A stretch of 64,000 nt of DNA from positions 42,842,001-42,906,000 of the forward strand of contig NC_043007.1 in the NCBI RefSeq assembly GCF_006345805.1. The letters run 5' to 3'. How positions within the stretch are numbered: position 1 is the stretch's first letter; each line of letters opens with the position of its first letter. The notes beneath the pieces were generated by a model. The model made no database searches and was not told where the DNA came from. It worked only from the letters and a program-made list of their open reading frames with translations. This document shows, piece by piece, positions 36,685-49,900 of the stretch. The position numbers were made by a program, and so were the translations under genes. The DNA comes from Octopus sinensis. Lineage: Eukaryota.

Positions 36685-37718
36685 AACTTCTGAAAGGATT
36701 TATTGATAATGTAATCAACTTCAAGACATTAATACTTGTTTCATTCACACTGTCACTGAGGACAAAAGGCAAACATCAATTCTGGAAGGACTTGAAATAT
36801 GAACCAACGATGAATGCCTTCTCAGTTTTCACTACTGACCTAATTTCAAATTTTAGTACAGGACCAGCCAATAATTTTACTGGGAGGGAGTTAGTTGATT
36901 GCATCAGCTTCAGTACTTGACTGGTATTTTATTTTATCAACCTAGAAAGAATGAAAGGCAAAATTGACCTTGATGGTATTTGAACTTGGAATGTAAAGAA
37001 GAATCAGAAGAAATGCTGCTCAGGATTTTGTTTCACATGCTAATGATTCTGTCAGATCACCACCTTACCTTCCACTGACTTAATAATTCTTTCTACTAAG
37101 GCGGCAAGCTGGCAGGAATGTTAGTACACTGGGTGAAGTGCTTAGTGGCATTTTGTCTGTTTTTATGTTCTGAGTTCAAATTTCACCAAGGTCGACTTTG
37201 CTTTTCATCCTCTCAGGGTCAATAAATTAAGTACCAGTTGCGTACTGGAGTTGATCTAAACTAGCTTTGCCCCCAAAATTTAGGGGTCTTGTGCCTAGAG
37301 TAGAAAAGAATAATTCTTTCTATTTATTGGCACAAGGCCTGAAATTTTAGGGGAGAAGTCTACTCTATTACACTGACCACAGTTCTCAACTGGAATGTAT
37401 TTCATCAACTCTAAAAGGACGAAAGACAAAGTCAATCTCAGTGGAATAACCACTGACTTAATAATGAAAACAGTAATTAGTATTATAAACTGAACTCAGT
37501 TTAAATTGTCATTGAGCATAAGACAGTCATAATCGAGAAAACCCATAATCAAAGTCATTCTAACTGTAATGATATCTTAAAATTAAAATATTAGTCATTG
37601 GCTGACCAATTTTTCCTAATTATATAATTATTTGAGTTTTCTGTATAATGATCCCTACATTAAACATATTACCATTAAGTCCTAAGACTTAATTTGCACT
37701 TTTCGTTTTCACAAGAGA

Positions 37719-38091
37719 TCTCTCTATATATAAACGGCAGTTTGTCTGTGCGTGTTTCTGTGTGTCTGTTTGCTTGTACCCTCACCCTGACCACGGCTTT
37801 CAACCGATTCTGATGAAACTTGACACACACATAGCCCAATGTCATAATTCAAAACTAACGCAGCGAAAATTTTGAAAAGTTCCCCCAGTTCTGAAAAAAA
37901 TCGATAAATTCGACATGGGGTCGAGAATCAGAAACACAAACCGCAAACTGTCTAGGGGACGCAACTCCACCTTTTTTAACTAAAAAAAAAATTTACCATC
38001 ATTTTTTTCCATTTTTTTGGCTATAACTCTCTAAAAATGCTTTATAGTTATTTCCCTTACAAACCTGAGCAACGCCGGGCGATACTGCTAG
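37719..38091 (+). mobile_element. Non-autonomous Helitron
   Basis: A|TCTCTCTATATATAAAC ... CCTGAGCAACGCCGGG hairpin + CGATACTGCTAG|T. Confidence 0.85.
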
Positions 38092-38852
38092 TCTAGTAAT
38101 AAAATAATGATTTTGCCAGGCTTTCAAATGAGAAGTTCTCATTTGCATAGGATCAATACTATACAACAGAAAAGTTTTCATCCAGAATTTCTTTAAGACA
38201 TTTGTAGGGGACTTTTATAAAAATGTAGTAAATAATGGCTCGTTGTCATGTGTAAGTAGGTTAATAAGGATGCTGGCATTTTATCTATCTAAAACTACAT
38301 TGCCTAGTGTGTCCAACCTTTGTTAGGATGGTAAGGTATGACCTGAGGGAATTTACAAGCTATTATTAGCAAGTTGAGCACTTCGTAGAAGTTGCTCTTT
38401 GGCTTGTCAAAATTTTACTTGATTTAAATAGTAGAAAGTGAGGAGCAGAACATTCACAGAGTTTCCCATTACTCCTTTTGGCAAATACAGTAAAATAACT
38501 TTTTTGCTGGGGAAGTCTAATAAGACCAAAACATGCCCCAAGTTATCAGCTGTACTTGCCAAAGTGATTGAAATGTTATTAATTACTGAACTAATACTAT
38601 CTTTTCCTCCCCACATAATTATTTTTAATTAGATTTTTTTTCATGTGCATTGCATTAAACTTAACTAGATACTTTGTGCCAGCACTGGGGCTATAAAACC
38701 ATTGTTTCTAGGGAGTTCATAATTTACTCAGTGCCTATTTGTTTTTTTATTTTCTGACCTGTCTAAGAAATTCAAGACATTTAACTTAATCTCTTGATGA
38801 TAATAAAACGTGTATCCTAAAGAGGAAATTATTTTTGTTATGAGAAAAATAA

Positions 38853-38855
<3 letters not shown>

Positions 38856-38905
<50 letters not shown>
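38856..38905. repeat. (TG)25 microsatellite
   Basis: Direct reading. Confidence 0.95.
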
Positions 38906-38906
<1 letters not shown>

Positions 38907-39306
38907 TACAGGTATGGCTGTGTAATTAAGAAGTTTGCTTCAACACAGTTTCACTGCAAGGCAACTGGGACAAGTGTCTTCTACTATAACCCCAGGCTGT
39001 TCAAAGGCTTGCGAGTGAATTTTGTAGACAAAAACTGAAAAAGCCCTGTCATATATATATGTGTGTGTGAGTTTGTGACTCTTTATCTTGACATCAAGTG
39101 ACAGTTCTAAATAGATATCATCAAAGAAGTGATGTTATTCATTTCATCTTTAATCTATCTAAACATAACTGGCCATGGGAAAAAAAAACACCATTTGCCT
39201 GAAACCAAGTGAGAGTTGGTAGCAGGAAGGGCATCTGTCTGTAGAAAATCTGCCTCATCTAATTTGATAGGAAAAGCAGACATTAAAATAATGACAAGTT
39301 ATACAT

Positions 39307-39320
39307 TGTGTGTGTGTGTA

Positions 39321-39395
<75 letters not shown>

Positions 39396-39406
39396 TGTGT
39401 GTGTGA
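39307..39406. repeat. Compound (TG)n(AG)n(TG)n microsatellite
   Basis: Direct reading. Confidence 0.95.
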
Positions 39407-42400
39407 GTGAGCGAGAATGAGAGACAAGTGAAACAAACGTCTCAGAAGCTTTGTTCCAGACAGAAACAGCAGGAGCTACTCAGAGGTTTTGCAAGCTCTT
39501 CGAAATCTATTGCAATTTTGGAAACTCTTCCTTGTTATAAGCAGATATTTCAGGGTCACAAGCATTTCACTAGTTGCAGTGGCAGTGATTAATTTACTCC
39601 AGATAATTCTTCTTAAGTAAATCTACGACACAAAATAGCTAGCCTAACAACTAGCACTAATACTTACAAGGTCAACACCACAACTATGCTTTTATTTTGA
39701 ATTATTATTTGTACATTATTGGTGTCTCCTTTACCACTTTTGAATGAAAAAACAGCTGTACTGAATTTCATCCTGGAAACAACCCACAACTCCATTTTTT
39801 ATTTACCTTTTTTGTTTTGGTTCAAAGAAAGTTGCTGTAATTAAAGTCTTTATTTAAACTATGTCAATACAGATGAATCATTGGCTTTCCTTTCTTGTCT
39901 GACATGTCATCTTTCTTTGAAAGTCGTAATTCAATTAATTTTTTTTATTATCTAAGAACATTTTGTCGATGTTAAATATGATCCCAGACTGATAACTGGA
40001 CCACTGTTGGACTAGTGGTTGTGAGATTTCTTGCAAAAGATAAATAAGAATATGTCTCAAGTATTTTACAACTTGGACAGTCTACCTACAATGGTGAGAC
40101 TTTTCCCATGAAGCACAAGCAAATCTGTTCAGTGAAGCAGTATTCAGTGTTCTCTTTAAATAAGAATCATAATGAAACTTAATATCAGAAGGAAATAAGT
40201 ATCTTACACACAGATAACACCGTTAACTAGTGACTAAAAGGAACAAATAAATTATACATAAGATGACAATATCTGCAGATGGAATCAAAGTTTTTTTATA
40301 AGAATTATTTATAAATTAGTTAGTAAAGATAAGATTCATATTTCCTAAAGAGAGATAAATGTTTGAGCGAGTGTTGGATATCTTCATATAAGGAATGTTT
40401 AAGAGAACAGGATTGTTGTATACTACTTGGCATGGGACTTTACAGAGATGACACAATAGAGCAGAATGACGAGATAATGAACAGGCAGTTGAGGTAATAT
40501 ATTTTAACTGGGCCTAACCGGACACTAATCAGTTTGTGCCAGTCACTGTCAATACATCAGGTGTTCTCAAATCCCATACAACCAATTTTCTCCGCTAAAT
40601 TAGGATAACAGTAGATAATGAGAAATGAGTCCTGCAAGGTGGAGTGGCTGCTGCAATGAGTATCGGTGGAAATTCTCTTTGGCAATGCCATTGTGGTCAT
40701 TACCATGGGGCGCAGGTGAGCACACCATTTGTTCTGGGGTGTGTAGACCATCACTCCTCCCCTCCATCTTCCGCTGCTTTTCTCCCCTGCTTTTTTTTCA
40801 TTCTTTTCCATTTTTATCTTCCATTTTTTTCTGTTCCTTTGTATTTAATTGTTATATTTTAAAATGTGAACTGTTGTATAATTGACTTTAAATAATTACG
40901 ACAAACATAGGGAAATACTGTGTTTATACATGCACAATTAGATTAATCCATACATAGAAAAGTTTAACCATGTAGATTGTTTGGTGTAAATGGTTGATTT
41001 CTTCTTAAAAAAAAACATTGTATTTGCTAAGTAGCACTGGTACACACATTTTGTCTAGAACTATGGTTTGGAGATAGCCTGGAAATACTCTATAGGGGGT
41101 GTATCTTAAGGTAAGTCATAAGTCTGAATTGAAACCAATCAGTATACTGCTATGCAATTTTGTTTTCTTTAACAAGTTAATCAGAAGAGGAAGAGCTGTG
41201 TTCTTGATTAAAATGAAAGTATCTGACATTACAATAGAGAGATGTCATTGTTTCACTTTTGACACGTAATACTGAAATAGTGGAGAAGATATGATATTGC
41301 TGTGGGCTCGCACTAGGCAAGAAGTTAAAAATTTTTTGGCCTATGACACTACATGGACCCTAAGTAAGGCATGTGTAAAATCTGAATGAAATTGGTTGTG
41401 TAGTTCTCAAGTTTTAGGGATTCACACAGACACACATTCTCATCTTTATATATATAGAAGATGGAAATACCTAAGAGATTATCAAACATAATGAAGATCA
41501 GAATTTGTGGTAACTTTGAGGTTTTACTTGTGTGTTGTTCATGTCTATGGCAAGAGGGGCAATTCTATTTCTTTGATATGTGTAGAGATTGTACCTTTGC
41601 TCTGTTGAAAGAGACCAGGTTGTTATGTTGTTTAGCTGCAGGTTAGCTTTGATCAGAGGCATTCTAACCATGAACTTCTTGTCTTTCTCTCAGCAATAAT
41701 ATATGCTGTTTGAAGGAGATTTGACTGTTATATCTAACAAATTGACTAACCATGTAGAGACTCTCTCATTGGTTCAGGAAGTAGCTAATTATATAGTGGA
41801 TATAGTGAGGTATTAGAGTGCAATTAAATCCTTTTTGCTTTCAAGGCTCTCATGGTAACTGTATTAGAAACAGATAGGGACAACTAAGTCAGTGCATGAC
41901 AGCTTTGATTTTAAAAGGATATTTATTAGATATGATTAACAATCTGGAACAGAGTTCTGATGTTGACAAGCAAGCAGCTCTTTCTGTACATGTGTCAAGA
42001 ACTATCTACTGTTATCAATGGATTATAATTTTACAAATTGTCAATAAAACAGGTACAGGAATGGCTATGTGGTAAGAAGCTTGCTTCCCAGTCACATAGT
42101 TCCAAGTTTTGTCGCACTGTGTAGCACCTTGGGCAATTGCCTTCTATAGAATGTCAGCTGCAGGTCACCTACTATAGAATGTCAGCCCACTTGAAGCCCA
42201 ATTTTTTCTTGAAGCTATTCAAGAGGAACATTAACCATGTTGATTTCATCTGTCTTGGAAAGCCTGTGAAAGTCATGGTGGGAACCCTTTCTGTCAAACC
42301 AGAAAAAAACAAAAAACAAAACGAAATGCCATGATTTATCTCCTGTGGGAATTAGGTTAATGACACAAGATTTTATATCATCAAGGTTATGCAATTAAGT

Positions 42401-42625
42401 GGAATCGACAGAAATAATGATGAAATGTCAACCCAATATGCAATCTCCTTTAGAGATGGTTATGTGTCATCAACAGATATCTGCATAGAAAGAATTGCAC
42501 AGGATGATAATATATTGAAGGTAAATTTCAGAAATGTTGCAAAGACAGTTACTTATAATGGGAAACTGAAAGAGAATACATAAAAAAAAAAAAAAAAAAA
42601 AAAAGATTGAAAATATGATGTAGTA

Positions 42626-44555
42626 TCTTTATATATAAAACTGAAATGCGTTTTCACCGCTTGGATCGCTTTCAAGGCCACTACATCCCATCGGATTCAC
42701 TCCAAAATTTACAGGGACATGTAAAATGAGGTGACGATGCCGTGGGCTATCTTAAAAGGTGTCGTTGCTAGGGCCAAAAACCCACTTTGACAAGTCCACT
42801 CCCGTTCTTTAATGTGTCTGTCTTCCTCAACTCACTCTCGCTATTTCCTCTCTTCCCAGCACTTTTTCACTCACTCTATTTCCTACCTTCCCATAACTTT
42901 CACTTATGTATCTGTCTGCATTCATAGAGAGAATTATCATCGCCACAACCAACACGTGACAACAAATATCTATTGTCTGCCTGTCAACGCGCTGATCGAG
43001 CAAATACAAACAGAACACACCAACATGGTTCGTGTTCTGGTGATAACATAGGTTTTTCGTATCTATTACATTTTAACATTTATTTAGAACCCTGCAAATT
43101 TTTCGTGCTAAATTTTCATTTTTTACTACTTTATTATTTTTTCTTAAATTGATGCTTTTATTAAAATTAATTCTAATTGTCTGGGTTAACAGTTCGTTTC
43201 CACGGAGGATATGGAAATTCCTATTACCCGTCAGAGAAATAACTCCAGCAGCTCACAACTATTTCAACAAAGACAAGGTTACCTGCTTACCAGTCGAATT
43301 CAGTGTCAACGCTCACGTATGAGAGAGACTCCAACACACACACACACATATATACATATATATAATGTGTGCATTATGTGGTCAGTTGAGCTGAAAATAT
43401 GCACACCTATGTTAAAAGTGCTGGCAAGTTTGTATGACAACTATTTTTTTTCCTCAAATGAAAGGCGTGACCTCTAGGACAAAATTCCTCATCTTATAAA
43501 ATGTGGCCCCAGTAGACCCGAATGAAATCGGGTTATATTAACCAAAATGTGAAAAGGGGTCTAAATGGGGCTGGAAGGGGATTAAAATTTAAAGGAGCGG
43601 GTGTTTAGCAATTCTCTGTTACATCAAGCTAAAAAATTTGCGCCAGCCTTTTAATCGTCAATGTGTTGCCATCCATGATGAAGAAGTTTTGAATGCTTGC
43701 CATCGCGAGTCTACTGTCGTGCGAAAGAATCACTTCAAAAATTGGTGTTTACCAATTTTCTTTTACATCAAGTTCAAAATTTTACACCAGCCGTTAAACT
43801 GTCAATACGTTGCTGTCCGTTGTTAAGAAATGCCAGCCATGGTGACTCTACTATCCTCACATTCAATCCCTTCAAACTTTGGTTTCCAATATTTTATTAT
43901 TTTTATTCAGCTCGCAAGTTCGTCTGTCCCTTTTAAATGTTAGTGTTTTGCTGTCTGCCTTGAAGCAGACCTTTCCGTTGCCACTGCCTGATATTTATGA
44001 TTGATCTTTCTAAATATTTTATTTCTCAACTTACTCAAGATCTTTTGTTGTTTATAAATGCGAGAGAGATAGTTAAAGATAGAGAGTAAGAGAAAGCGAG
44101 GGAGAGTCCGAGAGAAAGGAAGAGTAAGAGAGTGGGAAAGTGAGAGGGAAAGGAGAGAGAAACAAAGAGGGAGAATCATCATCATCATCATCATCGTTTA
44201 ACTTCCGTTTTCCGTGCTAGCACGGGTTGGACAGTTTGACCGGGCCTGGGAAGCCAGGAGGCTGCACCAGGCTCCAGTCTGATCTGGCAGTGTTTCTACA
44301 GATGGATGCCCTTCCTAACGCCAACCACTCTGTGAGCGTAGTGGGTGCTTTTTTTGTGCCACCGGCACAGGTGCCAGGGGGTCTGGCAGCGACCACGATC
44401 AGTTGGTGCTTTTTACGTGCCACCAGCACAGAAGCCAGTCAAGGCGGCGCTGCAATCCGCCATGTTCGGATGGTGCTTTTTACGTGCTGAAAGGAAGCAA
44501 CAGAAAGTAACAACCACACTCTTACCTGCACGTAGAGCGGGTCACCTTCAGCTAG
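42626..44555 (+). mobile_element. ~1.9-kb non-autonomous Helitron with a nested RTE-tail copy (44169-44490, minus strand)
   Basis: A|TCTTTATATATAAAACTG start; ACCTGC-ACGTAGA-GCGGGT hairpin then CTAG|T end; pairing of these two ends is inferred. Confidence 0.6.
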
Positions 44556-44844
44556 TATTATATATAAAATCTAAACAAAAATGCTGCTTGGAATTCTTTG
44601 GAGTGGTTGTTCTAACCTCCTGTCATATATAATACATACACACACATATATGGGACTTCTTTCAGTTTCTGTCTACCAAATCCACTCGCAAGGTTTTAGT
44701 TGGCCCAAGGCTAGAGTAGAAGGCACTTAAGATGCCTCACCGTGGGACAAAACACAGAACCATGACGTTGGGAAGCAAGTTTCTTATCATACAACAATGC
44801 TTGCATCTCTCTCTCTCATATGTGTATATATATGTGTGTGTGTG

Positions 44845-44883
<39 letters not shown>

Positions 44884-44886
<3 letters not shown>

Positions 44887-46517
44887 CAGTGTAAGCTATG
44901 GACACATAAGAGGTGCAGCAATGTCAAAGGTAGGCTAACTGGGAAGATAGTTTTTGTATGTGGCAGATGCTCAGGAGCATTAACCTCCGAAAATCTGCAG
45001 AAAATAACTTCAGTCACTTTCCAAGGGGAAAAACTAGAAGTAGTTGATAGCTTCTGTTATCTAGGTGACCAAGTCAGTAGTGGGGGTGGGTGCGCTGAAA
45101 GTGTAACTGCTAGAATAAGAATAGCCTGGGCAAAGTTTAGGGAGCTCTTACCTCTGCTGGTGACTAAAGGCCTCTCGCTCAGAGTAAAAGGCAGACTGTA
45201 TGATGCGTGTGTACGAACAGCCATGCTACATGGCAGTGAAACATGGGCCGTGACTGCCGAGGACATGCGTAAGCTCGTGAGGAATGAAGCCAGTATGCTC
45301 CGATGGATGTGTAATGTCAGTGTACATACTCGACAGAGCGTTAGCACCTTGAGAGAAATGTTGTACCTAAGAGGCATCAGTTGTGGTGTGCAAGAGAGAC
45401 AATTGCGCTGGTATGGTCATGTGGCAAGAATGGATGAAGATAGGTGTGTGAGAAAGTGCCAATCCTTAGCAGTTGAGGGAACCCGTGGAAGAGGTAGACC
45501 CAGGAAAACCTGGGACGAGGTGGTGAAGCACGACCTTCGAACTTTAGGCCTCACTGAGGAAATGACCAGCGACCAAGACCTTTGGAAATATTCTGTACAT
45601 GAGAAGACCAGGCAGGACAAGTGAGCCCAGCCCACTTATGAATGCCTTTCCTCCCTTGGACACAAAGACCTGTTGAGGCAAGCGAAGTCGATATAGAACC
45701 TCATCCGACGACAGGCACCCATGCCAACCCCCCCTTTGCTTGCGAAGACATGTTGGGGCAAGCGAAATCGAAATCGAAGTCAAAATCGAATTGAACCAGC
45801 CAGGATCCCTGGTCTGGTGGTACGTAAAAAGCACTATCCGACTCGTGGCCGATGCCAGCGCCGCCTCCACTGGCTTCTGTGGCGGTGGCACGTAAAATAC
45901 ACCAATCTGACCGTACGACAGGCATCCATGCCAACCCCCTTGCTTGCGAAGACATGTTGGGGCAAGCGAAATCGAATCGAACCAGCCAGGTTCCCTGGTC
46001 TGGTGGTATGTAAAAAGCACTATCCGACTCGTGGCCGATGCCAGTGCCGCCTCCACTGGCTTCCGTGCCGGTGGCACGTAAAATACACCAATCTGACCAT
46101 ACAATAGGCACCCATGCCAACACCCTTGCTTGCGAAGACATGTTGGGGCAAGCAAAATCGAAATCGAGTTGAACCAGCCAGGATCCCTGGTCTGGTGATA
46201 CGTAAAAAGCACCATCCGACTTGTGGCCGATGCCAGCACCGCCTCGTCTGGCTTCCGTGCCGGTGGCACATAAAATACACCAATCCGACCGTGGCCGTTG
46301 CCAGCCTCGCCTGGCACCTGTGCAGGTGGCACGTGAAAAGCACCCACTACACTCACGGAGTGGTTGGCGTTAGGAAGGGCATCCAGCTGTAGAAACACTG
46401 CCAGATAAGACTGGAGCCTGGTGCAGCCTTCTGGCTTCCCAGATCCCCGGTCGAACCGTCCAACCCATGCTAGCATGGAGAACGGACGTTAAACGACGAT
46501 GATGATGATGATGATGA
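44884..46517 (+). mobile_element. Young 5'-truncated RTE LINE with a complete tandemly repeated 3' UTR
   Basis: Open C-terminal frame (FCYLGDQ...[20 protein letters not shown]...LRWYGHVARM...RGRGRPRKTW), stop at 45622-45624, (GAT)n tail. Confidence 0.95.
45713..46290 (+). repeat. Three tandem units (about 207, 186 and 185 bp) in the RTE 3' UTR
   Basis: Units start with AGGCA(C/T)CCATGCCAAC at 45713, 45920 and 46106. Confidence 0.9.
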
Positions 46518-46954
46518 TATATACATACACACACTCACACAGCGTAACCCACTTATATATGGTTTGGCATTCATGGTCCCAGTTATTCACAGAACTAGTA
46601 ATTGTGGAAACCACCACATATTCGCGGAATTGTAAATATTGTCTGCAATTTTTTATGGCTTTTTGGGGGGCAATATATATTTTTTTACACTTTTTAAGGC
46701 TAAATTATTAATATTAATATTCTGTATTTGCTGACTTACTGGATGCTTCTTCACAGCTGAAGCTCCCTCTGATTAGAATAGATGCACATCATGTCGTTTT
46801 ATTATTTTTTTTAGATACAAGGACACTGTATCTTGTATCTCTTATTCCTGCTTTCAATCAAAGCTTGCTAATGAGTGTAGTGACATCTATCTATATTTCA
46901 CACGTACACACTCTCTCTCCCTCTCTTGCTGAATTTGTCTCTCAACACCATCAA

Positions 46955-47190
46955 CCTCTCATTGCAAGAGAGAAGATTATGTTGGTTTGGACATGTGATG
47001 CATAGGAATGAGGACAGCTGCATAAAGAAGTGCCAATCACTGAAAGTGGATGGTACCTGTGAAAGAGGGAGACCCAGGAAGACATAGGATGAAGTAGTAA
47101 GGACCAATCTCAGGAAGTTGGGCCTCATGGAGGAAATGACAATGGACCGAGATGTCAGGCAATATGAAGTTCTTGAGAAGACCCGCCCAC
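46955..47190 (+). mobile_element. RTE ORF C-terminal fragment
   Basis: WFGHVMHRNEDSCIKKCQSLKVDGTCERGRPRKT. Confidence 0.8.
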
Positions 47191-48341
47191 ATCAGTGAAA
47201 GGTTAGTTCTAGAAGCGCTGTGTGTCCCACCCACACTTAACAAGAAATCTCACACATTCTACCACAACAAACCAAATTACGTCTCTACATCTTCTACCAC
47301 AACAAACCAAACTACATCTCTTCTCTTCCTCATATTTCCACTTTATGTACTATGATTACCTCCCACACCCCAATCTTATCCTCTTGGCCCTGTGCCACTG
47401 TATCATTGCTCTCCACTTGCCCTCGACCTGTGTGTTCTACCCACATGCCCTGTCTCACTCTATTATTGGTATCTGTGTATTTTCTTTGTGGTAGCACACC
47501 TGTTTCTGTCTTCATTATAACCTTTCCTTCTCCTCCAAAGCCTCCTCCTTTCTTAAAAGTTTTTTTTCTTTTTATGTCTTGCAAGTATTTGGTGACCCTG
47601 TTAGTGCAGGTGCCACTTAAAAGCACCCAATCCACACTGTAAAGTGGTTCGTGTTCGGAAGGGCATCCAGCTGTAAAAACCTTGCCAAAACTGGCCTCGC
47701 CTGTGCTTGTGTCACATAAAAAGCACTAAGTCCACTCTGCTGAGTGGTTGGTGTTAGGAAGGGCACCCAGCTGTAAAAATCCTGCCAAAACAATCACAAA
47801 AGTCTGGTGCAGGCTTCAGCCTAGCCAGCTCATGGTACCATCCTGCCCATGTTAGCATGATGATGATGATATATAGATATACAGTGTATCACACCAGTAT
47901 TACTTGTGCTAGCGATGACAAATCAAAGATATTTACAACACAAAACTGAACATTGATTTTATAGCAGTGCTTTTTAAAAATCATTGCTACATTTGATCAT
48001 ACACATTGTTTATTTCAACAGGATAATTTTTAAGGTCATGAGCCAATATAACCTCATTGAAATTAGGTTACTTGCTGGTCGCGCTCTCTCTCTCTCTCTC
48101 TCTCTCTCATTATTATTATTATAGTATAGATTACTGTACCTAGTGGTAATACAAACTAAATTTTTCAAAACCATGGTTATTTTAATCTCTGCTCAATTTT
48201 CCATTGGTGGTATATTAGACATATTAGATGCAAAGAAGACTTTTTTGTAGGTTTCTTTTTTTGGAAAAACTGCATCCAGTAGCTATCTCCAGTATTTTGT
48301 TGAGTACTGGGTTCTTTGAGGTGTGTTATTAAAACCCTAAG

Positions 48342-49153
48342 ATGCCGCCCAAATGCCCTACACCTTCTAAGGCTTCTGGCAGTGAACCTAAGCGCCAGAA
48401 AAAGGTTATGATGCTCCATGAGAGGGTACAACTGCTGGCAATCAAACAAATGTCCAACCTTTTAAGGACAGCAAAGAATTGCAAGAGAATGTAAAAGTTA
48501 TGCAGCAATAGGCCGCTATTATGTTGTCAATGAAAGCACCATACGATACATAAAGAAGAATGATGTGATCAGGCCTACTGTAACAGTAAGTTTCTGTGAA
48601 CATGCCAAAAAGATAACAATAGTGAGAAATAAGCACTCTGTCAGGATGGAATCTGCCCTGGCATTGTGGATTAGTGACTGCAAGATGAAAAACATCCTCA
48701 TGAGCGGTAACAACATCCACGAGTAAGCTCGGAAATTATACCAGCAGTTTGACAGAGGAGATGGAGCAGAAGGCACCAAAGAACTGCAACCAGAACCACT
48801 GACAGCACCAGAGCCCAAAGATTTTCAAACCACCATTTCCAGAAATGGTTTAAAATAAAAATTATGTTTCTCTCCATGGAGACATAGCATCAGCCAACAA
48901 AGAAACCATCGAGAAGTACCTCGAGAAACTTCGGGCAGATCATCAAGGACAAGGGATATAAGCAAGAACAGGTTTTCAATATGGACAAGACTGGCTTGTT
49001 CTGGGAGAAGATGCCTTCTAGAACATACATCATGAAGGACGAAGCCAGAGCCGCATGATTAAAGCACGGAAGGACAGAGTGATGGTAATTATGTGTGGCA
49101 ATGCTGCTGGCTTCATGATGAAACCAGGACTTATCTACAAGTCCACAAACCCG
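48342..49153 (+). mobile_element. Decayed pogo/Tigger (TIGD1-like) transposase
   Basis: MPPK...PKRQKKVM, NESTIRYIKK, MESALALWI, EQVFNMDKTGLFWEKMPSRTYI, KDRVMVIMCGNAAG; truncated at a microsatellite. Confidence 0.9.
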
Positions 49154-49160
49154 TATCCTT

Positions 49161-49301
<141 letters not shown>

Positions 49302-49868
49302 TATAAAAGTGATATTTCCACTCATAGGATTATAACTGGCAGAATTGTTAGCATGGTGGATAGAATGCTTAACGGTATTTCACCCGTTGATATGTTCTGA
49401 GTTCAAATTGCACCGAGGTCAACTTTGCCTTTCATTCTTTTGGGATTGACTTGGCCTTTCATCCTTTCAGGGTCAATAAAGTAAGTACCAGAGAAACACT
49501 GGTGTTGATATATTTGACCAGTCCTCTCCCCATAAATTTTAGGCCTTGTGCCTATAGTAGAAAGGATTATTGTGTCCAACATTTGATACTTGCAACAAGA
49601 AATCATCACAAGAATAAAATTAATTAACTGCTAAAATATTCAATGATATAACATACTCTTTACCACAATATACACCACATCATCAACCAGAAGGAAAAAT
49701 GTGAAGCATGGCTTTAGACTGGATGGAAATAGAATGTATTCAGAAAACAGGATCTGTGTGTACTTCATGCCTTGGGTTAGCTCAAGCTGAGATGAATAGA
49801 GCTACTACACAACAACAAATATTAACCTGGTAATAACAACAACTGTGCATGTGTGTGTGTGTGTGTGT

Positions 49869-49900
<32 letters not shown>

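Noticed and set aside
45713-46290. Regularly spaced repeats resembling a CRISPR array
   Set aside because: Whole units repeat with no unique spacers; eukaryotic LINE 3' UTR
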